A stretch of 64,000 bases of DNA from Candidatus Magasanikbacteria bacterium CG10_big_fil_rev_8_21_14_0_10_36_32 (GCA_002778465.1 PFBV01000003.1:2397-66396); one strand, 5' to 3'; shown: positions 39,144-49,299, numbered from the stretch's first letter. A program made the numbers and translations. The notes: a model not told the origin generated them from the sequence alone.

Positions 39144-39442
39144 AAACTTAAAAAATTAATTTAAAATTAAAAAAATTATTTTGTGTCTATTTTTAATAAT
39201 TTCGTTAAACTATTCTACCATAAACAAACAAAAAAATAAAACGCTCCACATCTTTGTTAAACCCGCATTAAATCATTTGATAATATATTTATAAAATACA
39301 GACATGTGTTTATCTGCTCAGAAAAGAAAATAAATTTTCTTTTCTTTCACCTCATCGTACAAAAGACCCTTTATGTGTCATTTTATCTTCACTTGCTCGG
39401 AAATTAAAATAAATTTTCATTTTGCTCGCTTCGTTTAGTAAT

Positions 39443-39476
39443 AAAAAACCGTCTGAAATCAATCAGGCGGTTTTTT
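39443..39476 (-). terminator. bidirectional intrinsic terminator downstream of the 91-aa membrane protein gene
   Basis: Hairpin ccgtctga-aatcaa-tcaggcgg, flanked by an A6 run and a T6 run. Confidence 0.5.
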
Positions 39477-39531
39477 ATATAGTAGATGAACACCTTTCGG
39501 GTTTCGGCGATTCTTCGTTCATACGCAATTA

Positions 39532-39807
39532 TTAAGCTGACTCTCCTGCAGTTTTTTTGATTGCATTGCGCCACTTGAAATAAAGTGAGCACCCCATTGT
39601 TCCAACGGCGCAACCTGTAGCATATAAGAGAACCAACTGCCAGTTATTGATGTCCTTGATAATTGTTTCTAGGACATAATACCAGATTAATATATTAATG
39701 ACTGTGATTGCGCCACCGGCCAACACTTGGTTACCAGAAACCATTTTAGTCCAAATAGCGACAATCAGCATTTCCACTACACCTATAAAAAATAATGTCA
39801 TATGCAT
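39532..39807 (-). CDS. small 3-TM membrane protein, hypothetical
   Basis: 91 aa, three hydrophobic helices, own terminator. Confidence 0.35.
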   Translation of the reverse strand: MHMTLFFIGVVEMLIVAIWTKMVSGNQVLAGGAITVINILIWYYVLETIIKDINNWQLVLLYATGCAVGTMGCSLYFKWRNAIKKTAGESA

Positions 39808-40098
39808 TTGGTTAGTGGTTTTGTAAAAATTCGACCTTTTAGGTAAAAATACACTTTTTGACCTGATTACTTGTTAAAGAGCTATACTATTTTAAAGAGG
39901 CAAAAAAGCGCATATCTTAGCCTAAATTCATTATACTCTAAAATAAGCTTCCGGTCAAAAAAAGCTATTCACAGTTTATGCACAGGGGTGTGTAAAGAAA
40001 AAAACAGATAAATTTGAAAAAATATAAAATCTCGCCATTTTTGACGAGATTTTTAATTAATCTTAATTTGATTTACAATAAAATAACTGCTTAGTTGT

Positions 40099-43000
40099 TT
40101 ACTTTTTCTCCTCAAAACCAAACTCAACCAATTTATCTTGTTTAAATAAATTATGAACTTGGGTGTTTTTAATTTGGGCTAAGTTTTCTAAAGTTCGACG
40201 AATTTTTTCCTTCAAAAATTCAGCTTCACCGGAATTACTCAAACCATTATTTTTTAAATCATTAAATATTTCTCCATCTTTACTCAACATTAAATTTTTT
40301 GCTCTAAGTAATGGCCTAATATCTTCTGCTTGTCTAATATAATCGGTTCGATAAAAATTATTATAAGCCTGACTGTCAGAAAAACCTCGGAAATCACCAT
40401 TGTAACCAATTACTTTTCCACCAATACCATACTCAAAATTTAAATTGACCGATAAATCGCCTTTTTTAAAAATATATTCAGGATGTGACGGTCCAAATGC
40501 CGGCGTTGCAAGATTATCTTCGGTTTGCGTTTCCGAAGTTAAAATATTTCCTTTTTTATCAACTACATCAGCCGCCGCAATTGGTTGTTCTGTGATTTTA
40601 TTTGATTTAATGGTTGAAACGGTATCTAATTGTTCCTCTATCCGACCTTCTCCCACCACATCAACAGACCGTTCATCGGCAATATCCAGCTGATCGGCAT
40701 GGTATTGTTTACCTGTATTTACATCTTCAAAAACATGTCCTCTTGACTGTATCTCTTGCAACGTATTCATGTCATCCTTGGATAAAAACTTTTCACCAAT
40801 TTCATTTGTCTGCCAATGTTTATCCAGCCAAACTTTTTCTTGATCAGTAAGATGTTTGGCGTAATCATCCAACATGCTTTCCGTCACCGCCGTATCGCCG
40901 GATGCTTCAGCTTTAAAATATTTATCAATCGTTTCAATATCCATCTCATGTTCAGAAACAACTTTAATCGGTTCTATATCAGCATGTTCCATTACATAAG
41001 TTTTTCCAACCAACTCAATTTTTCCATCCGGGCGCAAAATAACAAACTGATCCCTGTTTTTATTAAATACAAAATATTTATCATCTAGATGTTGCTCGTG
41101 TGTCAACACACTTGCTTGATGATCTGCCCATTTATCCACCGACAAACCATTTTTTGGATTATAACCATAAGCCTCAGGATCTATTTTCAATTGTTTTTGT
41201 AATAATCCCTCAATATTATTTGAACCACGGGCTGTTTGAACCAACATTGATTTTAAAACTTTAGACGAATCAGCGCCACCTTCTAATATACGGCTGATAG
41301 ACGCCAATACTTCACGGTGTCCAGCCACTCCGCTTAACAAACGATTAATGTCGGCAATTTCCCCTTCAGTCAAACCATTTTCAACTACACAACCGATTGC
41401 CCCAGCACTTAAACCTCGCTGTTCCCAACCGTTTAACAATGCTTTAATTTGTTCTTGTGTTGATTCCGCCATTCCTTCAGCCGGATAGTTATATTTATCA
41501 ACCAACTCGTCAGTGACTGTTTTAGGTTCTCCGGTCACTGCTCCGCCGTCAATAATTTTTCCACCAACAGTATGATGTTCAGTTTCAATCGCTGCCGCTT
41601 TCCCCAACATATTTAAATAAGCCAAACAACCGCCAGCCACACCAATAACCGATGAAACAATCCGCTTACCCCAACGCAATTGTTTTTCGCCGGTAATTTT
41701 ACCGCCTAAAATATCCAATTCTTGTTTCCGACTTTCCAAATAAGCTAACGCGTCAACCAAACTATCCGGACGAATTATATCGCGAGCATCACCAATTTCT
41801 ACGGCTTTCGATTTTAAAATTTCTTGAATTATTTGATCTCTAAAATGTGTCAATCTCTGATAATTTTCATCTTTATTCAAATCAAAACCATTCACATAAG
41901 CATACGCTTCAATGGCAGCTATGCGATGTTGAATTTCTTTCAAACGATCCTCCGGTTGTAAATCCATTATTAAACTAATGGTTGCCTCAACTTTTTCCAT
42001 CGCTTTTTCTAATTTTTTATGACGTTTTTCAGTTTTTGCGTCACTTTCACCGCCTGACGGCAATTCCAAATCTCCGCCAGTCGCCTCTTCCGCCAATCCC
42101 AATCTATTCCGCCAAACCAATTCGGCTTCATCGCAACTACTAAAAATTTCTCCTCTCTTTCCCAACCAACGCTGACCAATATTTTGTAAAGTATCCGCTG
42201 CCGCCCGACTGCCAAAAATTGAACCTGTACCAACAAATGCCGTTCTGGCTCCAATATAAACATGGCTACTTACTAAACCCGGCACTTCATATAAACCAAC
42301 TCCTAGTAAACCCAACGAAATTCCCAATCGCACACTCAAAGCTTTAGCGCCAAGTTTTGCCCACAAACCGCTTTGCGACAATTCCGCGCCGCGATTAGAC
42401 CAAAATTTATCCCAACCGCGAACTATTTCGCCGGATTTTTCTTTACTCAAAACTTCTTTGTTTTTCTTTTCCAAATAATTATAAAGATTCATTTCACCAA
42501 GCCGTTTCCAAACTTTAGCCACTATATTTTCTTTGCTTTTATAATGTTCACCGAGTTTCTTCTGTAAATTTTTTGATTCATTATCCAAGAATTTTTTTAA
42601 AGATTCAGCTTGTAATTCACTGGCCGATAACAATTCTTTTTGAACTCTTTCGTATACCGCCCAAATATTATCATATTCTATTTCAGCCACTTCTTCGCGG
42701 GTGCTGCCCAACCAAGTTTTTATCGTACCAAAAACCCCACCTGCTCGTTCGCGATTGGCTAAAGCGGTGACTAAATTTTTCCGAACCTCAGTTAACTGAT
42801 TTTTAAGTTCTTCAATTAATTTATTCCTCTCTTGGCATTCCGCCAAAATTTCATCATCCACATTAATTTCAATTGATCCGTCTTCTACAAAAGATTCTGC
42901 GACCGGTTCAATTATTTCAACAACGGGTTCTTTAATTTCTGTTTCCTGTTTTATTTCTTCCAAATTTATTTCCTTTTCCTCCGGCAATTCTTCCAATAAT

Positions 43001-44565
43001 TTTTGTAAAAATTCTTTATAAAGACCGACGATTTTTTCTTCAACTCTCCACTTTCTTGACCTTTGAGTATCTGAACTATTTTTTAAAGTCAAAGCCACTG
43101 TCAAGCGTTGTTCTAACATTTTTATTGTCCGACTGACAATATCCCTTTTACTATTTTTATCTTTTTTATCTAATTGTTCCAAATCAAGAGCAATACCGTC
43201 ATAATTATTCCAAGCCGTATCATCCTGCCGTTCATGAAAAAATTTAGCAATTGAAGCAATATCAACGTTTTTAGGAATTTCAATTTCTTCCAAAATTTCT
43301 TTATTTTCTGAAACTTCCGACTTTAAAGAAACTTCTTCAATGTGTTTCTCGTCCGGTTTTTCTGTTATAACTTCTTTCGATTTTTCAGCTTCTTTAGATA
43401 TGACCGGTGCAGATACTTTTACTTCTTCTTTAACAATCGACGGCAAATCAACTTTCTCCTCCGTTTTAGCCGGCGGTTGAATAACGGACAATTCTGTCGG
43501 AATTGTACTAATTTTTTGTCTGGCCGCTTCTAATTGTTCTTGCCATGTTAAAATTTTACCGTCAGTTTTTGGCGTAACCGGCTTTAATTTTTTCTCCCGC
43601 GGCTTAATTGCCGGTTTTTCTATTTTTGCTTTTATTGTTTCTGCCGGTTTTTCTGTTATAATTTCTTTTTTGATTTCTGGTACTGTTTTTGATTGAATTG
43701 GTTCTAATTTAGCTTCCGGCGCGACCACATGGTAACGCACAAATCTTTCAATAAAACTTTTAGCTTCCGCCGGTTTATTAAAAGTCAAAACTTGTTCAGC
43801 TCTACCTTCAACTTCTAAAATTTTAACCGTACTATCGGCAGTTACTTTAATTTTAATTATTTTATCCGGCTTGCTTCCATGAATAACAAAACCAATCAAT
43901 TTATCCTTATTTTCTGTGGAAAATTTCAAATCACAATGGCCTTTGGCAGGAACCATATCAACAGACATGCCATCCGGTAATTTTAACGCGCCAATATTAT
44001 AATCAAAAGAAAATTCCGGCGATTTTTGTTTTTTTGTTTCCTGTACAGCAGAAACAACTTGTTCCGCTGGCTGAACAAATTTTTCAATCTTTTCAGTTTT
44101 CGCTAAAATTTCTTCGTCTGATTTGTTTATAATTTCTTTTTTTGTTTTTGTTTCATCTTTTATTGTTGGAATTTTTTTTGTTCCTTCCAACTCCTCCTCC
44201 GCTGATTCTAACCATTTGCCAACCAAAGATTTTTCAATTTCATCGGATAATTCTCCTAAACGATTCTCCACTTTATTCATCCTCTCTTGCCATATTCTAA
44301 TTCGTTCAACCATAAAATCTTTTTCCTGTTGAATATCAGATGCATCCAATTCGCCGGATATATCCTCTAATTCTTTCAAAACTTTTTCTATTTCCGCTTT
44401 ATAATCTTTTTCTATCTGATAAAATTTCATTAATTCTTCATACTTTTCCATTTCAACTTTAAAAACCGACAATACTTCTTTGTTTGTCATTTTTAAATTT
44501 TCTATTTCCTCCAAATTTTCCATTTCATCATCTACTTTTAAATTTTTATCAACTTCATCACTCAT
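40099..44565 (-). CDS. giant (1488 aa) Glu/Lys-rich coiled-coil protein with central hydrophobic hairpin segments; hypothetical
   Basis: Long heptad-like N-terminal third. Central TM-like segments LGISLGLLGVGLYEVPGLV and VIGVAGGCLAYLNML. No enzymatic motif recognised. Confidence 0.6.
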   Translation of the reverse strand: MSDEVDKNLKVDDEMENLEEIENLKMTNKEVLSVFKVEMEKYEELMKFYQIEKDYKAEIEKVLKELEDISGELDASDIQQEKDFMVERIRIWQERMNKVENRLGELSDEIEKSLVGKWLESAEEELEGTKKIPTIKDETKTKKEIINKSDEEILAKTEKIEKFVQPAEQVVSAVQETKKQKSPEFSFDYNIGALKLPDGMSVDMVPAKGHCDLKFSTENKDKLIGFVIHGSKPDKIIKIKVTADSTVKILEVEGRAEQVLTFNKPAEAKSFIERFVRYHVVAPEAKLEPIQSKTVPEIKKEIITEKPAETIKAKIEKPAIKPREKKLKPVTPKTDGKILTWQEQLEAARQKISTIPTELSVIQPPAKTEEKVDLPSIVKEEVKVSAPVISKEAEKSKEVITEKPDEKHIEEVSLKSEVSENKEILEEIEIPKNVDIASIAKFFHERQDDTAWNNYDGIALDLEQLDKKDKNSKRDIVSRTIKMLEQRLTVALTLKNSSDTQRSRKWRVEEKIVGLYKEFLQKLLEELPEEKEINLEEIKQETEIKEPVVEIIEPVAESFVEDGSIEINVDDEILAECQERNKLIEELKNQLTEVRKNLVTALANRERAGGVFGTIKTWLGSTREEVAEIEYDNIWAVYERVQKELLSASELQAESLKKFLDNESKNLQKKLGEHYKSKENIVAKVWKRLGEMNLYNYLEKKNKEVLSKEKSGEIVRGWDKFWSNRGAELSQSGLWAKLGAKALSVRLGISLGLLGVGLYEVPGLVSSHVYIGARTAFVGTGSIFGSRAAADTLQNIGQRWLGKRGEIFSSCDEAELVWRNRLGLAEEATGGDLELPSGGESDAKTEKRHKKLEKAMEKVEATISLIMDLQPEDRLKEIQHRIAAIEAYAYVNGFDLNKDENYQRLTHFRDQIIQEILKSKAVEIGDARDIIRPDSLVDALAYLESRKQELDILGGKITGEKQLRWGKRIVSSVIGVAGGCLAYLNMLGKAAAIETEHHTVGGKIIDGGAVTGEPKTVTDELVDKYNYPAEGMAESTQEQIKALLNGWEQRGLSAGAIGCVVENGLTEGEIADINRLLSGVAGHREVLASISRILEGGADSSKVLKSMLVQTARGSNNIEGLLQKQLKIDPEAYGYNPKNGLSVDKWADHQASVLTHEQHLDDKYFVFNKNRDQFVILRPDGKIELVGKTYVMEHADIEPIKVVSEHEMDIETIDKYFKAEASGDTAVTESMLDDYAKHLTDQEKVWLDKHWQTNEIGEKFLSKDDMNTLQEIQSRGHVFEDVNTGKQYHADQLDIADERSVDVVGEGRIEEQLDTVSTIKSNKITEQPIAAADVVDKKGNILTSETQTEDNLATPAFGPSHPEYIFKKGDLSVNLNFEYGIGGKVIGYNGDFRGFSDSQAYNNFYRTDYIRQAEDIRPLLRAKNLMLSKDGEIFNDLKNNGLSNSGEAEFLKEKIRRTLENLAQIKNTQVHNLFKQDKLVEFGFEEKK

Positions 44566-44579
44566 AATTCATAATTTAA

Positions 44580-44774
44580 TCAATTCTGCTTGGAAATAAA
44601 TTTCATTATTTTTGTCTGCTTTGCTTTATCAACTATTTTTAAAACATCGCGTCGGAGTTTTCTACCTTCTTCTTCCAAATTCAACAACTCCATCGCTAAT
44701 TCACTGCGAAGAGTTTTAATTTTTTCCAAACGCTCTTGAATTTTGGTTTGAACATCCATAATCTTTACATCCAT
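44580..44774 (-). CDS. small coiled-coil protein, hypothetical (operon with the giant protein)
   Basis: 64 aa, heptad repeats. Lies 15 nt upstream of the giant gene. Confidence 0.35.
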   Translation of the reverse strand: MDVKIMDVQTKIQERLEKIKTLRSELAMELLNLEEEGRKLRRDVLKIVDKAKQTKIMKFISKQN

Positions 44775-44775
44775 A

Positions 44776-45111
44776 TTATTTACTCCGGCTAACTTGAGCG
44801 ATTAAATCTTTTTTTACCGCCATAATTTCTTCTTGGAGAATATCCAAAAAATTAGGCGCGTTGTTTTGAATAAAAATATTCAATTCATCGTCTGACCCTT
44901 TTTCCAAAACTTCAGTAAATACATCTTGCTTGCGATTGCCAATTTGTTCAAAAATCCTTAATAAAACACGTTGGTTAATAACATCATTCATTCTATCTAA
45001 CAACTCAATCCTTTCTTTTTCCGATAAAAAATCAAGGTTTAATTGAGACATTATTTGTCCGTGAATAAACTGTTCATCGGCCATTTTAAGTATATTTTTA
45101 AAAGCGGACAT
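44776..45111 (-). CDS. hypothetical protein (first gene of the putative three-gene operon)
   Basis: 111 aa. Its stop is 1 nt before the next ORF start. Confidence 0.35.
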   Translation of the reverse strand: MSAFKNILKMADEQFIHGQIMSQLNLDFLSEKERIELLDRMNDVINQRVLLRIFEQIGNRKQDVFTEVLEKGSDDELNIFIQNNAPNFLDILQEEIMAVKKDLIAQVSRSK

Positions 45112-45207
45112 AAAAAACGATTAATTTAGTAATTATATAAGTAATATAGCATAAAAAAAACAAAGCGTAAACAGTAAAAAATGATAATAAACAAAGCCAC
45201 AAATGAC

Positions 45208-45236
45208 TTGACAAAACCTTCAAAATGTGCTATAAT
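45208..45236 (+). promoter_or_regulatory. consensus sigma70 promoter TTGACA-17-TATAAT (TG-extended) for small-protein family member A, followed by ~140-nt leader with twin mini-hairpins
   Basis: TTGACAaaaccttcaaaatgtgcTATAAT. The leader contains gcggtaaaacccgc and ccggtaaaaccgg, then the SD AAAGGAGA. Confidence 0.55.
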
Positions 45237-45382
45237 GGCAAGTTGTGAATAGATGGAAAACCTTGTTTTCTATATATGAACAACGCCGCCATTTCAAGAT
45301 TGGCTTATAACACTCTATTCTTTAACAAAATGCGGTAAAACCCGCAAAAACATCCGGTAAAACCGGACAAAGGAGACAAACA

Positions 45383-45700
45383 ATGGCACAGATGACGAAA
45401 AACGAATCGCGATTTTGTATCGTTATGCTGCTGGTGGTGTGGAGCGTCATAATGTTGGGTGTCGGCAGCTACACCAGACAGGGCGACCGTCTGAAACTCG
45501 ACAACAACGAAACCTACAACATCATCGCCATCGTGGACCCGGACGCTCCCGGCAATGTGGCGGAAATCGTCATTTCCGAAACAGACGATCCCAACGACCA
45601 CCACTTCGCCTACATCTACAAGGATTGTCTGAAATCCTACCACACGGGAGCCAACTACTTGCTCCAGCTGAGTACCCGCAATTGCATTTGGCTCCCCTGA
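45383..45700 (+). CDS. small membrane-anchored secreted-domain protein, family member A (two conserved Cys, C-terminal CIWLP)
   Basis: N-terminal TM RFCIVMLLVVWSVIMLGVG. C-domain YNIIAIVDPDAPGNVAEIVISETDDPNDHHFAYIYKDCLKSYHTGANYLLQLSTRNCIWLP. GC-rich with C-ending codons. Confidence 0.6.
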   Translation: MAQMTKNESRFCIVMLLVVWSVIMLGVGSYTRQGDRLKLDNNETYNIIAIVDPDAPGNVAEIVISETDDPNDHHFAYIYKDCLKSYHTGANYLLQLSTRNCIWLP

Positions 45701-45721
45701 CCAATCGTTCTTTCTAAAAAA

Positions 45722-45750
45722 TCAGCCCCGTCATTTGACGAGGCTTTTTC
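45722..45750 (+). terminator. intrinsic terminator of family member A (shared with member B)
   Basis: cagccccgtc-attt-gacgaggct followed by ttttt. Confidence 0.6.
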
Positions 45751-45760
45751 TTTTGTTTTC

Positions 45761-46453
45761 CTACAGATGATATATCACATCTTTTCTTTCCACCACCACC
45801 GGCCAACCATGTCGTTTAGCATGCTTGTACAATCTCTGATTCGGATTAAAACAAATCGGCCGCTCCACCAATTTTAAAACGCGAATATCAGATTCTGTAT
45901 CTCCTACTCCGACCGAACCTTTCAATGTTAAATTATTCAATTTAACCGCCCGTTTCAACAATGTCGCTTTATTAAAAATAATAGCATCTCTTTCACCGTT
46001 CAAAATATTTTTATCATTGGTTTTATAAATCAAACCGTAATATTTATCAAAACCCATCAAATGACAAAACTCATGAACAACTTCTTTCGGCGAATGAGAA
46101 ATAGCCAACAAAAAATAACCTTTGGATTTTAATTCTTTAACTAAATCGCGAGTATAACGGTAAACTCGATTCTTGTGAAAATCGGAAACACGTTTAGCCA
46201 CTTTAAAAAAATTTTTATAAGGAACACCTTTAATGTGGCGATTAAAAGTTTTTACAATATCCATAATATAATCTTCATAAGTGCCGACACGATTCAACCA
46301 ATTTTTATACGACTTGGCATATTCCTTATTAACCGAAGACGGAAAAATTCTCTCTTGAATTAAGGCGTCTAAAATTTCAATCAACAAACTGGAACGAAAA
46401 ATTGTTCCATCAATATCAAACACCGCAACTTTTTGTTTGGTTTTATTAGACAT
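45761..46453 (-). CDS. HAD-superfamily hydrolase/phosphatase
   Basis: Motif I VAVFDIDGTIF (DxDGT). Motif GDTESD near the C-terminus. Confidence 0.6.
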   Translation of the reverse strand: MSNKTKQKVAVFDIDGTIFRSSLLIEILDALIQERIFPSSVNKEYAKSYKNWLNRVGTYEDYIMDIVKTFNRHIKGVPYKNFFKVAKRVSDFHKNRVYRYTRDLVKELKSKGYFLLAISHSPKEVVHEFCHLMGFDKYYGLIYKTNDKNILNGERDAIIFNKATLLKRAVKLNNLTLKGSVGVGDTESDIRVLKLVERPICFNPNQRLYKHAKRHGWPVVVERKDVIYHL

Positions 46454-46493
46454 AATTTTTTTATAATTAATGCTAATTGAATATTAACACCTA

Positions 46494-47330
46494 TTAATTT
46501 GCCGTAATTCTGCCGGACAATTGCTTTTGCATTTCTTGCAAATTATTTTTTATTAAAGCTTTTTGAATTTCTAAAGTATCCAATCCACCGGATTTAAAAG
46601 AAGATATTTTATTATTAACGACCATATCTTGAATAATACAATTTGAAATCCACGCTTGTTGCCAAACAGACGATTCTTGCCGAATAAAATTTTTAACCGT
46701 CTTTTTTCCTATTTTAAATTCTTCAATATCACTGTCGTTTATTTCAATAATTTCATTGGACGAAACAGATACTGTGCTATCCGCCAAATTATTTTCTTTT
46801 TCCGGATCAACCACGGTTAAGGCGGCTTTATTTTCCGCCACAACCAACAAAGTTTTTCCTTCTGAATATTCCACGCCAAAAGCCCCCACTTGACCAAACA
46901 CAACCGCGTTGTCAGTTTTTACTTCCCAAGATGAATCACCCGGCGAGCCCACTATTTTTGACCAAATTTGTCCGGTTTTAAGAATAATTTTCACTGCCAA
47001 TGCATTTTTTTTAAAATTAAAAACAGCTTTGTCCAATTCAATTTCTGTGTTGCCACCCAAACGAATTACTGAACCATTAGCTAAATAAATATTAGCTGAT
47101 TCGGACGATTCTGTTTTTAAAATAATCGGCGCCATTATTTCATCACCGCTATATATTTTACGACCCGTCATCGCTTCTTCAATACCATTGCCGGATGATG
47201 GGGCGAAAATTTCAATCCAATTTAAACCCTGTAAATTATTATCCGCCGGAGCATTAATCCGCCCGACATAGAAAAAAATACCGATTAAAACAGCAATGAA
47301 AACAAAAATATAAAATATTATTCTTCGCAT
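46494..47330 (-). CDS. FecR-domain-like membrane-anchored protein
   Basis: N-terminal TM. The beta-rich region ANIYLANGSVIRLGGNTEIEL ... WEVKTDNAVVFGQVGAFGVEY resembles FecR (PF04773). Confidence 0.4.
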   Translation of the reverse strand: MRRIIFYIFVFIAVLIGIFFYVGRINAPADNNLQGLNWIEIFAPSSGNGIEEAMTGRKIYSGDEIMAPIILKTESSESANIYLANGSVIRLGGNTEIELDKAVFNFKKNALAVKIILKTGQIWSKIVGSPGDSSWEVKTDNAVVFGQVGAFGVEYSEGKTLLVVAENKAALTVVDPEKENNLADSTVSVSSNEIIEINDSDIEEFKIGKKTVKNFIRQESSVWQQAWISNCIIQDMVVNNKISSFKSGGLDTLEIQKALIKNNLQEMQKQLSGRITAN

Positions 47331-47442
47331 AATTTTAAATATTCATCTTAACTTCTTATAAGTATTATATTACAAAAAACTATTTATTTCAACACTAAAA
47401 AATTAAAAACCCCGACCGAAGTCGAGGTTAAGAAAGAACAAA

Positions 47443-48624
47443 CTAAAAAGTCATCTCCAAGCCGAAACCGACATTGTGCAAATCAAACGTAAGATTATAC
47501 TCGTAAACAGCGCGCAAATGGAAACCGCGCAAGTTGGCGGACAATCCAGCCGTGATGAAATCATTGGCGCGAAAAAACATATCATTTTCACCGTGAATGT
47601 AACCGAATTGCGGTGAAATACTGAATTTGTCATTGCCCAATGTATAAAGCGTTCCGATTTGCCAAGTCAATCCATCCTGCAAATTTTCAAAATCGGTTCC
47701 TAATTTCCAACTATCTTTTCCTAAAACATGCAACGGAGTCACTACCGTTCCGACTGAAAATCGAGGATTTTCAGATTGCGAATCACCGTTATACCAAACG
47801 GTGCCGAAATTTTCTGCTGTCACTGCCAGTCTGGCATCTAAAATCGGATCATGAAAAGCGACAGTGGAAGATAAATCAACAGCAAAACCAATTCCGGATA
47901 AACAATTGAAATCAGGCGTCTGCAAAGCGTTTTCAAACGTGGCAAGACCGAGATGTCCGTTAAATCTAACGGCGGTTTTTGGCGATAACCAACGATGCAT
48001 TACTCGACCCTGAACGCCAGCTGACAATTCAATGCCCAACGGCAATTCAAACATACGAGTGTATCCAATCAATCCGCCGATGTCGGAACGAATCGCTATG
48101 GCAGCGATATCCGGTGTGCCGGAAAAATCAACATAACTGTTAATACCATCATGAACGACAGGCAGCGGGGATGTATCCAATGGAGCATTGTGAATAACGA
48201 CATCATTTTCATTGTAAGCGCCAACCGTCAGTCGGCCGATTTTTTTTGTTCCCCAAGAAATGCGAAATGGTTCAACGCGAGCGCGCAAACCAAAATTCAT
48301 TGTCGGTCTTTTGTTGACTGCTATGATAGCGGCCAAAGAATTTCCGGCATTGAACATATCCGAATACAAATCAATCGCATCATCGGATTCCGTCCAATTA
48401 CCAATCACATCCAAATTAAAAACAGAAAATTTCCAACCTTCTGTTGAAGAAATAACATTTGACAAAATACGGCTGTCCAAAGTCAAATCTACTCCGCCCA
48501 GTCCGCGATATTCCAGCGACTCAATTTTTCTGATTTCTCCAGAATCCGCTGAAACATTCGTCACTCCAAAAAAGACGGCAATCGCAATAACCATGGTCAA
48601 ATACCTAAACATTTTATACTCCAC
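47443..48624 (-). CDS. secreted beta-barrel-like protein ending in C-terminal Phe (OMP-like signature)
   Basis: Signal peptide MFRYLTMVIAIAVFFGVTNVSA. Amphipathic beta strands alternate, with many Gly and aromatic residues. The C-terminus is ...HNVGFGLEMTF. Confidence 0.4.
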   Translation of the reverse strand: MEYKMFRYLTMVIAIAVFFGVTNVSADSGEIRKIESLEYRGLGGVDLTLDSRILSNVISSTEGWKFSVFNLDVIGNWTESDDAIDLYSDMFNAGNSLAAIIAVNKRPTMNFGLRARVEPFRISWGTKKIGRLTVGAYNENDVVIHNAPLDTSPLPVVHDGINSYVDFSGTPDIAAIAIRSDIGGLIGYTRMFELPLGIELSAGVQGRVMHRWLSPKTAVRFNGHLGLATFENALQTPDFNCLSGIGFAVDLSSTVAFHDPILDARLAVTAENFGTVWYNGDSQSENPRFSVGTVVTPLHVLGKDSWKLGTDFENLQDGLTWQIGTLYTLGNDKFSISPQFGYIHGENDMFFRANDFITAGLSANLRGFHLRAVYEYNLTFDLHNVGFGLEMTF

Positions 48625-48820
48625 ATCTAAGGCAATTTTGCCTCTTTGGTTATCAAATGACTTTAATTGTTAAAGAACTTACCTAATGTATCCATATCAT
48701 AAAATATAAATGCTGTCAATCAATTGTCACAAACTATAAATTAAAAATTCAATTTCATAATCTCCTGATAATTCGTAATTTATAATTTTTTATTTACCTA
48801 AAATTAGCTAAACTAAAGTA

Positions 48821-48849
48821 TTGACAAAATCTCTAAAATATGCTATAGT
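48821..48849 (+). promoter_or_regulatory. sigma70-like promoter TTGACA-17-TATAGT for family member C
   Basis: TTGACAaaatctctaaaatatgcTATAGT. The spacer is homologous to the member A promoter. Confidence 0.5.
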
Positions 48850-48907
48850 ACTTCGTTATTTTCACAAAATAACCAAGTCACAACGAGGACAAAAACAAGG
48901 AGATGCA

Positions 48908-49222
48908 ATGAAACACAGTATGCGTTCGCTGATTGTCGCTTGCGTAATCTACTTTTTATTCGGAATGACCGTGGGAAGCATTCTCGGAACCAACGGGGTT
49001 GAGGGCCGCTCAACCGAACTTGAAGACGGAAGATATGAACTCATCAATGTCGTCGGCGCCGACCCGATTGATCAAAGTCGAACCGAAGTGGTGGTAAAAG
49101 AAAACAACGAGTTCAATATTCACCGATTCGTGACTATGACGCCGGAATGTTTCAACAACTACAACGACGGCGACAAGGTTTTGGTTGTGATCAATGACTG
49201 GTGTTACTGGCTCAGAGAATAA
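48908..49222 (+). CDS. small membrane-anchored protein, family member C
   Basis: SD AAGGAGA at 5 nt spacing. TM LIVACVIYFLFGMTVGSILG. C-domain YELINVVGADPIDQSRTEVVVKENNEFNIHRFVTMTPECFNNYNDGDKVLVVINDWCYWL. GC-rich. Confidence 0.55.
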   Translation: MKHSMRSLIVACVIYFLFGMTVGSILGTNGVEGRSTELEDGRYELINVVGADPIDQSRTEVVVKENNEFNIHRFVTMTPECFNNYNDGDKVLVVINDWCYWLRE

Positions 49223-49299
49223 TTTTTCATTAAACATCCGCAATCTCTCCGCCAGATATCCATCCACATTGTTCTTTCCTGTCTATTTAGGACAAAACA

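Noticed and set aside
45305-45717. ORFs 45305-45643 (minus) and 45415-45717 (plus), listed in the six-frame track
   Set aside because: They are antisense or alternate-frame ORFs inside GC-rich gene A. High GC suppresses stops in all frames, and the translations (His/Arg/Gly-rich, low complexity) are not protein-like.
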